Shown: piece after piece, positions 28,597-42,316 of the stretch
Numbering within the stretch: position 1 is the stretch's first letter
How the letters are laid out: the number at the start of each line of letters is the position of its first letter
Assembly (NCBI RefSeq): GCF_009914755.1
Contig: NC_060948.1
DNA length: 64,000 nucleotides
DNA from: the human T2T-CHM13v2.0 reference genome, Homo sapiens
Direction: 5' to 3' (one strand)
The notes under the pieces: generated by a model
What the model was told of the DNA's origin: nothing
What the model saw: only the letters and a program-made list of their open reading frames with translations
The model's database searches: none
Position numbers and translations under genes: made by a program

Positions 28597-31500
28597 GGCC
28601 TGGAATAAAGTGGAATGCTACGATCTCGAATGGAATAAAAATGTATGGAATGGAATGCAATGAAACGGAATCGAATGTCATAGAATGTAATGGAATGCAA
28701 AAAAATGGAATCCAAAATCATTGAATGGAAAGGCTGGGTGTCGAAAGGAATTGACTCCAATGGAATGGAATCGAATGGAATGGAAGTGAATAGAATCGAA
28801 CTAAATCGAATGGAATGGAATTGATAGGAACGGAATGGAAAGGATTGCAATGATTTGGCATGGAATGGAATCGAATGGCATCGAATGGAATGGAATGGAA
28901 TGCAATGGAATGGAATGTATTAGAATGTAATGAACTTTAATGGAATGTACTCGAATGGATTCGACTGGAATGGAATGTTCTGGAAGTGAATGGACTCCAA
29001 TGGAATGGATTCAAAAGGAATGGAATCGTACGGAATGGAATCTAATGGAATGGAATTAAATGGAAATGAATCAAATTGAATAGCACGGAATTGAATTGAA
29101 TGGAATGGAATGCAATGGAATCTAATGAAACGGAAAGGAAAGGAATGGAATGGAATGGAATGGGCTGGAATGGAAAGGAATCGAAACGAATGGAATGGAA
29201 TCGAACTGAAGAGACTGGAATGGAATGCACTGGAATGGAAGGGAGTGTAATGGAAGGTTCTCGAAAAAGATGGAATCGAATGGAATGCAATTGAATGGAA
29301 CGGAATAGAGTCGAATGGAATTGAATGGAATGGAATGGACTAGAGTGAAATGGAATCGAACCACAAGGAATGGACAGGAATAGAATGGTCTCGAATTGAA
29401 TGGAATCGTATGGAATGGCATCAAACGGAATGGAATGGACAGCCACGGAATGGAATGCACTCGAATGCAATGGAGTCGAAACTAATGGACTGGAATAGAA
29501 TGGACTCGACTGGTACGGACTCCAATGGAATGGAATCGAATGGAAGGGAATCGAACGGAATGGACTCGAAGGGAAAAGACTGCAATGGAAAGGTCTCGAA
29601 TGGAATGGAAATTAATGGAATGGAATGGAATCGAATGAAATGGAGTCAAAAGGAATGGAATCGAATGGCAAGAAATCGAATGTAATGGAATCGCAAGGAA
29701 TTGATGTGAACGGAACGGAATGGAATGGAATCCAAAGGAATGGAATAGAATGGAATGGAATCGAATGGAAAGGACTCGAATGGAAATCACTCCAATAGAA
29801 TGCAATTTAATAAAATAGGATCAAATGTAATAGAATGGAATGGAAAGGAATCGAAACGGAAGGAATGGAGACAGATGGAATGGAATGGAACAGAGAGCAA
29901 TGGTATAGAATGGAATGGAATCATCTGGAATGGAATTGAATGGAATGGAATAATATGAAATGGAATGGAATGGAATGGAATGGAATGCCCTTGAATTAAA
30001 TGGACTGGACTCGAACAGAGTGGAATGGAAAGTGTTGAGATAGAATGGAATGGACTCCTTTGGAATGGTGTAGTATGCAATGCAATCGACTGGCAGGGAA
30101 TCAAAAGGAATGTAATCGAATGGATTGGACTGGAATGCAATGGAATCGAATAGATTGGAAACGGAATGCAAAGGAATGGAATGGAATAGTATGGAATGCA
30201 ATGGGAGGGAATGGAGTGGAATAGACTAGAGTGGAATGGAATGGACTGGAAAGCAATGGACTGGAATGGAACTTTCTTGGATGGACTGGAATCAAACGGA
30301 ATGGAATGCAATGCAATCAAATGGCATGGAATAAAATAGAATGAAAGAGAATCAAATGGAATTGAATCGAATGGAATCGAATGGATTGGAAAGGAATAGA
30401 ATGGAATGGAATGGAATTGACTCAAATGGAATGGACTAGAATGGAATGGATTCGAATGGAAGGCAAAGGAATGGAATCTATTGGAATGGACTGTAATGGA
30501 ATGGAATGGAAGGGATTGGAATGGACTCGAATGGAATGGACTGCAGTAGAAAGGACTCGAATGGAATGAAAAAGAATTGAATGGAATAGAACAGAATGGA
30601 ATCAAATCGAATGAAATGGAATGGAATAGAAAGGAATGGAATGAAATGGAATGGAAAGGATTCGAATGGAATGCAATCGAATGGAATGGAATCGAACGGA
30701 ATGGAATAAAATGGAAGAAAACTGGCAAGAAATGGAATCGAAATGAATGGAGTGTTATGGAACGGACTCAAAAGGAATTGAATGTAATAGAATGGAGTGG
30801 AGTGGACTCGAATATAATAGACTGGAATGGAATGAAATCACATGGAATGGGAACGAATGGAATGGAATGGAAAGGAATGGAATCGAATGGAAAGGAATCG
30901 AATGGAAGGGAATGAAATTGAATCAACAGGAATGGAAGGGAATAGAATAGACGGTAATGGAATGGACTCGAATAGAATGGACACGAAAGCTCAAATTGAA
31001 TGGACTCGAATGGAATGGAAACGAAAGGAATGTCATCGAATGGAATTGAATCGATTGGAATGAAATCGCATAGAATGGAGTGGAATCAAGTGGAATTGAA
31101 TCGAAAGGAAAGGAAGCGAATGGACTGAAATGAAATGGAATGGAATTGAATGGAAAGTAATGCAATGGAATAGAATGGAACGAAATTTCACGGAATGGAA
31201 TCAAACTGAATGGAATCAAATCAATGGAATCAAATCAAATGGAATGGAATGGAATTGAATGGAGTAGATTGGATTGGATGGGATTGGAATGAAATGTACT
31301 GGAAAGGACTCGAATTTCATGAAACGGAATGGAATGAATTGGAACGGAATGGACTCGAATGGAATGGAATGTCATGGAATGGCATCAAATGGAATGGCAT
31401 CAAATGGAATGGAATCGAATGCAATGGAATGCTATGGAATGGAATGGAATGCATTGGAATGGAATGTCCTCTAATGGAATGGATTCGAGTGGAATGGAAT

Positions 31501-32135
31501 TGAATATAATGGAGTCGAATGAAATGGAATTGAAAGGAATGGGATCGAATACAATGGAATATACTGGAATGTAACGTAATGAACTCGAATGTAATTGACT
31601 GGAATGGAATGTACATGAATGGAATGTAATCGAATGGAAAGTAATCCAATGGAATAGAATCTAATGCAATAAAATCGACTCAGATAGAGTAGAATGTAAT
31701 GGAATGGAGTGCAGTGCAATGGAATGGAATGGAATGGAATGCAATGGAATGGAATGGAATGGAATGGAATGGGATGGAATGGTATGGAATGGATAGTAAT
31801 GGACTGGAGTGAAATGGACTGGAAAGGAATGGACTCAAATGGAAAGGGCTCGAAAGGAATGGAGACAAATGGAATGGTCTGGAATGGAATGAACACGAAT
31901 GTAATGCAATCCAATAGAATGGAGTCGAATGGCATGGAATATAAAGAAATGGAATCGAAGAGAATGGAAACAAATGGAATGGAATTGAATGGAATGGAAT
32001 TGAATGGAATGGGAACGAATGGAGTGAAATTGTATGCAGTAGAAGAGAATAGAATGGAATGCAAGCGAAAGGAAAGGAATGGATTGGAATGGAATGGAAT
32101 TCATTGGAATGGAAGGGAATGTAGTGTAATGGACA
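28597..32135 (+). repeat. DYZ1 unit U9 (3539 bp)
   Basis: Landmark spacing. Confidence 0.9.
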
Positions 32136-35100
32136 GGCCTGGAATAAAGTGGAATGCTACGGTCTCGAATGGAATAAAAATGTATGGAATGGAATGCAAT
32201 GAAACGGAATCGAATGTCATAGAATATAATGGAATGCAAAAAAATGTAATCCAAAATCATTGACTGGAAAGGCTGGGTGTCGAAAGGAATTGACTCCAAT
32301 GGAATGGAATCGAATGGAATGGAAGTGAATAGAATCGAACTAAATCGAATGGAATGGAATTTATAGGAACGGAATGGAAAGGAATGCAATGATTTGGCAT
32401 GGAATGGAATCGAATGGCATCGAATGGAATGGAATGCAATTCAATGGAATGGAATGTATTAGAATATAATGAACTTTATTGGAATGTACTCGAATGGATT
32501 CGACTGGAATGGAATGTTCTGGAAGTGAATGGACTCCAATGGAATGGATTCAAAAGGAATGGAATCGTACGGAATGGAATCTAATGGAATGGAATTAAAT
32601 GGAAATGAATCAAATTGAATAGCACGGAATTGAATTGAATGGAATGGAATGCAATGGAATCTAATGAAACGGAAAGGAAAGGAATGGAATGGAATGGAAT
32701 GGGCTGGAATGGAAAGGAATCGAAACGAATGGAATGGAATCGAACTGAAGAGACTGGAATGGAATGCACTGGAATGGAAGGGAGTGTAATGGAAGGTTCT
32801 CGAAAAAAATGGAATCGAATGGAATGGAATTGAATGGAACGGAATAGAGTCGAATGGAATTGAATGGAATGGAATGGACTAGAGTGAAATGGAATCGAAC
32901 CACAAGGAATGGACAGGAATAGAATGGTCTCGAATTGAATGGAATCGTATGGAATGGCATCAAACGGAATGGAATGGACAGCCACGGAATGGAATGCACT
33001 CGAATGCAATGGAGTCGAAACTAATGGACTGGAATAGAATGGACTCGACTGGTACGGACTCCAATGGAATGGAATCGAATGGAAGGGAATCGAACGGAAT
33101 GGACTCGAAGGGAAAAGACTGCAATGGAAAGGTCTCGAATGGAATGGAAATTAATGGAATGGAATGGAATCGAATGAAATGGAGTCAAAAGGAATGGATT
33201 CGAATGGCAAGAAATCGAATGTAATGGAATCGCCAGGAACTGATGTGAACGGAACGGAATGGAATGGAATCCAAAGGAATGGAATAGAATGGAATGGAAT
33301 CGAATGGAAAGGACTCGAATGGAAATCACTCGAATAGAATGCAATTTAATAAAATAGGATCAAATGTAATGGAATGGAATGGAAAGGAATCGAAACGAAA
33401 GGAATGGAGACAGATGGAATGGAATGGAACAGAGAGCAATGGTATAGAATGGAATGGAATCATCTGGAATGGAATTGAATGGAATGGAATAATATGAAAT
33501 GGAATGGAATGGAATGGAATGGAATGCCCTTGAATTAAATGGACTGGACTCGAACAGAGTGGAATGGAAAGTGTTGAGACAGAATGGAATGGACTCCTTT
33601 GGAATGGTCTAGTATGCAATGCAATCGACGGGCAGGGAATCAAAAGGAATGTAATGGAATGGATTGGACTGGAATGCAATGGACTCGAATAGATTGGAAA
33701 CGGAATGCAAAGGAATGGATTGGAATAGTATGGAATGGAATGGAAAGGAATGGAGTGGAATAGACTAGAGTGGAATGGAATGGACTGGAAAGCAATGGAC
33801 TGGAATGGAACATTCTTGAATGGACTGGAATCAAACGGAATGGAATGCAATGCAATCAAATGGCATGGAATAAAATAGAATGAAAGAGAATCAAATGGAA
33901 TTGAATCGAATGGAATCGAATGGATTGGAAAGGAATAGAATGGAATGGAATGGAATTGACTCAAATGGAATGGACTAGAATGGAATGGATTCGAATGGAA
34001 GGCAAAGGAATGGAATCTATTGGAATGGACTGTAATGGAATGGAATGGAAAGGATTGGAATGGACTCGAATGGAATGGACTGCAATAGAAAGGATTCGAA
34101 TGGAATGAAAAAGAATTGAATGGAATAGAACAGAATGGAATCAAATCGAATGAAATGGAATGGAATAGAAAGGAATGGAATGAAATGGAATGGAAAGGAT
34201 TCGAATGGAATGCAATCGAATGGAATGGAATCGAACGGAATGGAATAAAATGGAAGAAAACTGGCAAGAAATGGAATCGAAATGAATGGAGTGTTATGGA
34301 ACGGACTCAAAAGGAATTGAATGTAATAGAATGGAGTGGAGTGGACTCGAATATAATGGACTGGAATGGAATGAAATCACATGGAATGGGAACGAATGGA
34401 ATGGAATGGAAAGGAATGGAATCGAATGGAAAGGAATCGAATGGAAGGGAATGAAACTGAATCAAAAGGAATGGAAGGGAATAGAATAGACGGTAATGGA
34501 ATGGACTCGAATAGAATGGACACGAATGCTCAAATTGAATGGACTCGAATGGAATGGAAACGAAAGGAATGTCATCGAATGGAATTGAATCGATTGGAAT
34601 GAAATCGCATAGAATGGAGTGGAATCAAATGGAATTGAATCGAAAGGAAAGGAAGCGAATGGACTGAAATGAGATGGAATGGAATTGAATGGAAAGTAAT
34701 GCAATGGAATAGAATGGAACGAAATTTCACGGAATGGAATCAAACTGAATGGAATCAAATCAATGGAATCAAATCAAATGGAATGGAAAGGAATTGAATG
34801 GAGTAGATGGGACTGGATGGGATTGGAATGAAATGTACTGGAAAGGACTCGAATTTCATGAAACGGAATGGAATGAATTGGAACGGAATGGACTCGAATG
34901 GAATGGAATGTCATGGAATGGCATCAAATGGAATGGCATCAAATGGAATGGAATCGAATGCAATGGAATGCTATGGAATGGAATGGAATGCATTGGAATG
35001 GAATGTCCTCTATTGGAATGGATTCGAGAGGAATGGAATCGAATATAATGGAGTCGAATGAAATGGAATTGAAAGGAATGGGATCGAATACAAGGGAATA

Positions 35101-35659
35101 TACTGGAATGTAACGTAATGAACTCGAATGTAATTGACTGGAATGGAATGTACATGAATGGAATGTAATCGAATGGAAAGTAATCCAATGGAATAAAATC
35201 TAATGCAATAAAATCGACTCAGATAGAGTAGAATGTAATGGAATGGAGTGCAGTGCAATGGAATGGAATGGAATGGAATGCAATGGAATGGAATGGGATG
35301 GAATGGTATGGAATGGATAGTAATGGACTGGAGTGAAATGGACTGGAAAGGAATGGACTCAAATTGAAAGGGCTCGAAAGGAATGGAGACAAACGGAATG
35401 GTCTGGAATGGAATGAACACGAATGTAATGCAATCCAATAGAATGGAGTCGAATGGCATGGAATATAAAGAAATGGAATCGAAGAGAATGGAAACAAATG
35501 GAATGGAATTGAATGGAATGGAATTGAATGGAATGGGAACGAATGGAGTGAAATTGTATGCAGTAGAAGAGAATAGAATGGAATGCAAGCGAAAGGAAAG
35601 GAATGGATTGGAATGGAATGGAATTCATTGGAATGGAAGGGAATGTAGTGTAATGGACA
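32136..35659 (+). repeat. DYZ1 unit U10 (3524 bp)
   Basis: Landmark spacing; pure GGAAT tract contracted to 2 copies at 35285. Confidence 0.9.
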
Positions 35660-38600
35660 GGCCTGGAATAAAGTGGAATGCTACGGTCTCGAATGGAATA
35701 AAAATGTATGGAATGGAATGCAATGAAACGGAATCGAATGTCATAGAATGTAATGGAATGCAAAAAAATGGAATCCAAATTCATTGACTGGAAAGGCTGG
35801 GTGTCGAAAGGAATTGACTCCAATGGAATGGAATCGAATGGAATGGAAGTGAATAGAATCGAACTAAATCGAATGGAATGGAATTGATAGGAACGGAATG
35901 GAAAGGATTGCAATGATTTGGCATGGAATGGAATCGAATGGCATCGAATGGAATGGAATGGAATGCAATGGAATGGAATGTATTAGAATGTAATGAACTT
36001 TAATGGAATGTACTCGAATGGATTCGACTGGAATGGAATGTTCTGGAAGTGAATGGACTCCAATGGAATGGATTCAAAAGGAATGGAATCGTACGGAATG
36101 GAATCTAATGGAATGGAATTAAATGGAAATGAATCAAATTGAATAGCACGGAATTGAATTGAATGGAATGGAATGCAATGGAATCTAATGAAACGGAAAG
36201 GAAAGGAATGGAATGGAATGGAATGGGCTGGAATGGAAAGGAATCGAAACGAATGGAATGGAATCGAACTGAAGAGACTGGAATGGAATGCACTGGAATG
36301 GAAGGGAGTGTAATGGAAGGTTCTCGAAAAAAATGGAATCGAATGGAATGGAATTGAATGGAACGGAATAGAGTCGAATGGAATTGAATGGAATGGAATG
36401 GACTAGAGTGAAATGGAATCGAACCACAAGGAATGGACAGGAATAGAATGGTCTCGAATTGAATGGAATCGTATGGAATGGCATCAAACGGAATGGAATG
36501 GACAGCCACGGAATGGAATGCACTCGAATGCAATGGAGTCGAAACTAATGGACTGGAATAGAATGGACTCGACTGGTACGGACTCCAATGGAATGGAATC
36601 GAATGGAAGGGAATCGAACGGAATGGACTCGAAGGGAAAAGACTGCAATGGAAAGGTCTCGAATGGAATGGAAATTAATGGAATGGAATGGAATCGAATG
36701 AAATGGAGTCAAAAGGAATGGAATCGAATGGCAAGAAATCGAATGTAATGGAATCGCAAGGAATTGATGTGAACGGAACGGAATGGAATGGAATCCAAAG
36801 GAATGGAATAGAATGGAATGGAATCGAATGGAAAGGACTCGAATGGAAATCACTCGAATAGAATGCAATTTAATAAAATAGGATCAAATGTAATGGAATG
36901 GAATGGAAAGGAATCGAAACGAAAGGAATGGAGACAGATGGAATGGAATGGAACAGAGAGCAATGGTATAGAATGGAATGGAATCATCTGGAATGGAATT
37001 GAATGGAATGGAATAATATGAAATGGAATGGAATGGAATGGAATGGAATGCCCTTGAATTAAATGGACTGGACTCGAACAGAGTGGAATGGAAAGTGTTG
37101 AGATAGAATGGAATGGACTCCTTTGGAATGGTCTAGTATGCAATGCAATCGACTGGCAGGGAATCAAAAGGAATGTAATGGAATGGATTGGACTGGAATG
37201 CAATGGACTCGAATAGATTGGAGACGGAATGCAAAGGAATGGAATGGAATAGTATGGAATGGAAAGAAATGGAATGGAATGGATTCGAATGGAATGCAAT
37301 CGAATGGAATGGAATCTAACGGAATGGAATAAAATGGAAGAAAACTGGCAAGAAATGGAATCGAAATGAGTGGAGTGTTATGGAAGGGACTCAAAAGGAA
37401 TTGAATGTAATAGAATGGAGTGGAGTGGACTCGAATATAATGGACTGGAATGGAATGAAATCACATGGAATGGGAACGAATGGAATGGAATGGAAAGGAA
37501 TGGAATCGAATGGAAAGGAATCGAATGGAAGGGAATGAAATTGAATCAACAGGAATGGAAGGGAATAGAATAGACGGTAATGGAATGGACTCGAATAGAA
37601 TGGACACGAATGCTCAAATTAAATGGACTCGAATGGAATGGAAACGAAAGGAATGTCATCGAAAGGAATTGAATGGATTGGAGTGAAATCGCATAGAATG
37701 GAGTGGAATCAAATGGAATTGAATCGAAAGGAAAGGAAGCGAATGGACTGAAATGAAATGGAATGGAATTGAATGGAAACTAATGCAATGGAATAGAATG
37801 GAACGAAATTTCACGGAATGGAATCAAACTGAATGGAATCAAATCAATGGAATCAAATCAAATGGAATGGAAAGGAATTGAATGGAGTAGATGGGATTGG
37901 ATGGGATTGGAATGAAATGTACTGGAAAGGACTCGAATTTCATGAAACGGAATGGAATGAATTGGAACGGAATGGACTCGAATGGAATGGAATGTCATGG
38001 AATGGCATCAAATGGAATGGCATCAAATGGAATGGAATCGAATGCAATGGAATGCTATGGAATGGAATGGAATGCATTGGAATGGAATGTCCTCTAATGG
38101 AATGGATTCGAGTGGAATGGAATCGAATATAATGGAGTCGAATGAAATGGAATTGAAAGGAATGGGATCGAATACAATGGAATATACTGGAATGTAACGT
38201 AATGAACTCGAATGTAATTGACTGGAATGGAATGTACATGAATGGAATGTATTCGAATGGAAAGTAATCCAATGGAATAGAATCTAATGCAATAAAATCG
38301 ACTCATATAGAGTAGAATGTAATGGAATGGAGTGCAGTGCAATGGAATGGAATGGAATGGAATGCAATGGAATGGAATGGAATGGAATGGAATGGAATGG
38401 AATGGAATGGGATGGAATTGTATGGAATGGATAGTAATGGACTGGATTGAAATGGACTGGAAAGGAATGGACTCAAATTGAAAGGGCTCGAAAGGAATGG
38501 AGTCAAATGGAATGGTCTGGAATGGAATGAACACGAATGTAATGCAACCCAATAGAATGGAATCGAATGGCATGGAATATAAAGAAATGGAATCGAAGAG

Positions 38601-38773
38601 AATGGAAACAAATGGAATGGAATTGAATGGAATGGAATTGAATGGAATGGGAACGAATGGTGTGAAATTGTATGCAGTAGAAGAGAATAGAATGGAATGC
38701 AAGCGAAAGGAAAGGAATGGATTGGAATGGAATGGAATTCATTGGAATGGAAGGGAATGTAGTGTAATGGACA
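35660..38773 (+). repeat. DYZ1 unit U11 (3114 bp), internal 440-bp deletion
   Basis: AGTAT to AAAATGGAAG distance is 80 bp (37251 to 37331) versus 520 bp in U1 (1721 to 2241) and U10 (33727 to 34247). Confidence 0.92.
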
Positions 38774-41700
38774 GGCCTGGAATAAAGTGGAATGATACGG
38801 TCTCGAATGGAATAAAAATGTATGGAATGGAATGCAATGAAACGGAATCGAATGTCATAGAATGTAATGGAATGCAAAAAAATGGAATCCAAAATCATTG
38901 ACAGGAAAGGATGGGTGTCGAAAGGAATTGACTCCAATGGAATGGAATCGAATGGAATGGAAGTGAATAGAATCGAACTAAATCGAATGGAATGGAATTG
39001 ATAGGAACGGAATGGAAAGGAATGCAATGATTTGGCATGGAATGGAATCGAATGGCATCGAATGGAATGGAATGGAATGCAATGGAATGGAATGTATTAG
39101 AATGTAATGAACTTTAATGGAATGTACTCGAATGGATTCGACTGGAATGGAATGTTCTGGAAGTAAATGGACTCCAATGGAATGGATTCAAAAGGAATGG
39201 AATAGTACGGAATGGAATCTAATGGAATGGAATTAAATGGAAATGAATCAAATTGAATAGCACGGAATTGAATTGAATGGAATGGAATGCAATGGAATCT
39301 AATGAAACGGAAAGGAAAGGAATGGAATGGAATGGAATGGGCTGGAATGGAAAGGAATCGAAACGAATTGAATGGAATCGAACTGAAGAGACTGGAATCG
39401 AATGCACTGGAATGGAAGGGGGTGTAATGGAAGGTTCTCGAAAAAAATGGAATCGAATGGAATGCAATTGAATGGAACGGAATAGAGTCGAATGCAATTG
39501 AATGGAATGGAATGGACAAGAGTGAAATGGAATCGAACCACAAGGAATGGACAGGAATAGAATGGTCTCGAATTGAATGGAATCGTATGGAATGGCATCA
39601 AACGGAATGGAATGGACAGCCACGGAATGGAATGCACTCGAATGCAATGGAGTCGAAACTAATGGACTGGAATAGAATGGACTCGACTGGTACGGACTCC
39701 AATGGAATGGAATCGAATGGAAGGGAATCGAACGGAATGGACTCGAAGGGAAAAGACTGCAATGGAAAGGTCTCGAATGGAATGGAAATTAATGGAATGG
39801 AATGGAATCGAATGAAATGGAGGCAAAAGGAATGGAATCGAATGGCAAGAAATCGAATGTAATGGAATCGCAAGGAATTGATGTGAATGGAACGGAATGG
39901 AATGGAATCCAAAGGAATGGAATAGAATGGAATGGAATCGAATGCAAAGGACTCGAATGGAAATCACTCGAATAGAATGCAATTTAATAAAATAGGATCA
40001 AATGTAATGGAATGGAATGGAAAGGAATCGAAACGAAAGGAATGGAGACAGATGGAATGGAATGGAACAGAGAAAAATGGTATAGAATGGAATGGAATCA
40101 TCTAGAATGTAATTGAATGGAATGGAATAATATGAAATGGAATGGAATGGAATGGAATGCCCTTGAATTAAATGGACTGGAATGGAATGGACTCGAACAG
40201 AGTGGAATGGAAAGTGTTGAGATAGAATGGAATGGACTCCTTTGGAATGGTGTAGTATGCAATGCAATCGACTGGCAGGGAATCAAAAGGAATGTAATCG
40301 AATGGATTGGACTGGAATGCAATGGACTCGAATAGATTGGAAACGGAATGCAAAGGAATGGAATGGAATAGTATGGAATGGAATGGAAAGGAATGGAGTG
40401 GAATAGACTAGAGTGGAATGGAATGGACTCGAAAGCAATGGACTGGAATGGAACTTTCTTGAATGGACTGGAACCAAACGGAATGGAATGCAATGCAATC
40501 AAATGGCATGGAATAAGATAGAATTAAAGAGAATCAAATGGAATTGAATCGAATGGAATCGAATGGATTGGAAAGGAATAGAATGGAATGGAATGGAATT
40601 GACTCAAATGGAATGGACTAGAATGGAATGGATTCGAATGGAAGGCAAAGGAATGGAATCTATTGGAATGGACTGTAATGGAATGGAATTTAAGGGATTG
40701 GAATGGACTCGAATGGAATGGACTGCAATAGAAAGGATTCGAATGGAATGAAAAAGAATTGAATGGAATAGAACAGAATGGAATCAAATCGAATGAAATG
40801 GAATGGAATAGAAAGGAATGGAATGAAATGGAATGGAAAGGATTCGAATGGAATGCAATCGAATGGAATGGAATCGAACGGAATGGAATAAAATGGAAGA
40901 AAACTGGCAAGAAATGGAATCGAAATGAATGGAGTGTTATGGAATGGACTCAAAAGGAATTGAATGTAATAGAATGGAGTGGAGTGGACTCGAATATAAT
41001 GGACTGGAATGGAATGAAATCACATGAAAGGGAACAAATGGAATGGAATGGAAAGGAATGGAATTGAATGGAAAGGAATCGAACGGAAGGGAATGAAATT
41101 GAATCAACAGGAATGGAAGGGAATAGAATAGACGGTAATGCAATGGACTCGAATAGAATGGACACGAATGCTCAAATTGAATGGACTCGAATGAAATGGA
41201 TACGAAAGGAATGTCATCGAATGGAATTGAATCGATTGGAATGAAATCGCATAGAATGGAGTGGAATCAAATGGAATTGAATCGAAAGGAAAGGAAGCGA
41301 ATGGACTGAAATGAAATGGAATGGAATTGAATGGAAAGTAATGCAATGGAATAGAATGGAACGAAATTTCACGGTATGGAATCAAACTGAATGGAATCAA
41401 ATCAATGGAATCAAATCAAATGGAATGGAAAGGAATTGAATGGAGTAGATGGGATTGGATGGGATTGGAATGAAATGTACTGGAAAGGACTCGAATTTCA
41501 TGAAACGGAATGGAATGAATTGGAACGGAATGGACACGAATGGAATGGAATGTCATGGAATGGCATCAAATGGAATGGCATCAAATGGAATGGAATCGAA
41601 TGCAATGGAATGCTATGGAATGGAATGGAATGCATTGGAATGGAATGTCCTCTAATGGAATGGATTCGAGTGGAATGGAATCGAATATAATGGAATCGAA

Positions 41701-42316
41701 TTAAATGGAATTGAAAGGAATGGGACCGAATACAATGGAATATACTGGAATGTAATGTAATGAACTCGAATGTAATTGACTGGAATGGAATGTACATGAA
41801 TGGAATGTAATCGAATGGAAAGTAATCCAATGGAATAGAATCTAATGCAATAAAATCGACACAAATAGAGTAGAATGTAATGGAATGGAGTGCAGTGCAA
41901 TGGAATGGAATGGAATGGAATGCAATGGAATGGAATGGAATGGAATGGAATGGGATGGAATGGGATGGAATGGATAGTAATGGACTGGAGTGAAATGGAC
42001 TGGAAAGGAATGGACTCAAATGGAAAGGGCTCGAAGGGAATGGAGACTAATGGAATGGTCTGGAATGGAATGAACACGAATTTAATGCAATCCAATAGAA
42101 TGGAGTCGAATGGCATGGAATATAAAGAAATGGAATCGAAGAGAATGGAAACAAATGGAATGGAATTGAATGGAATGGAATTGAATGGAATGGGAACGAA
42201 TGGAGTGAAATTGTATGCAGTAGAAGAGAATAGAATGGAATGCAAGCGAAAGGAAAGGAATGGATTGGAATGGAATGGAATTCATTGGAATGGAAGGGAA
42301 TGTAGTGTAATGGACA
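38774..42316 (+). repeat. DYZ1 unit U12 (3543 bp), most diverged by eye
   Basis: Landmark spacing; many private substitutions. Confidence 0.88.
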
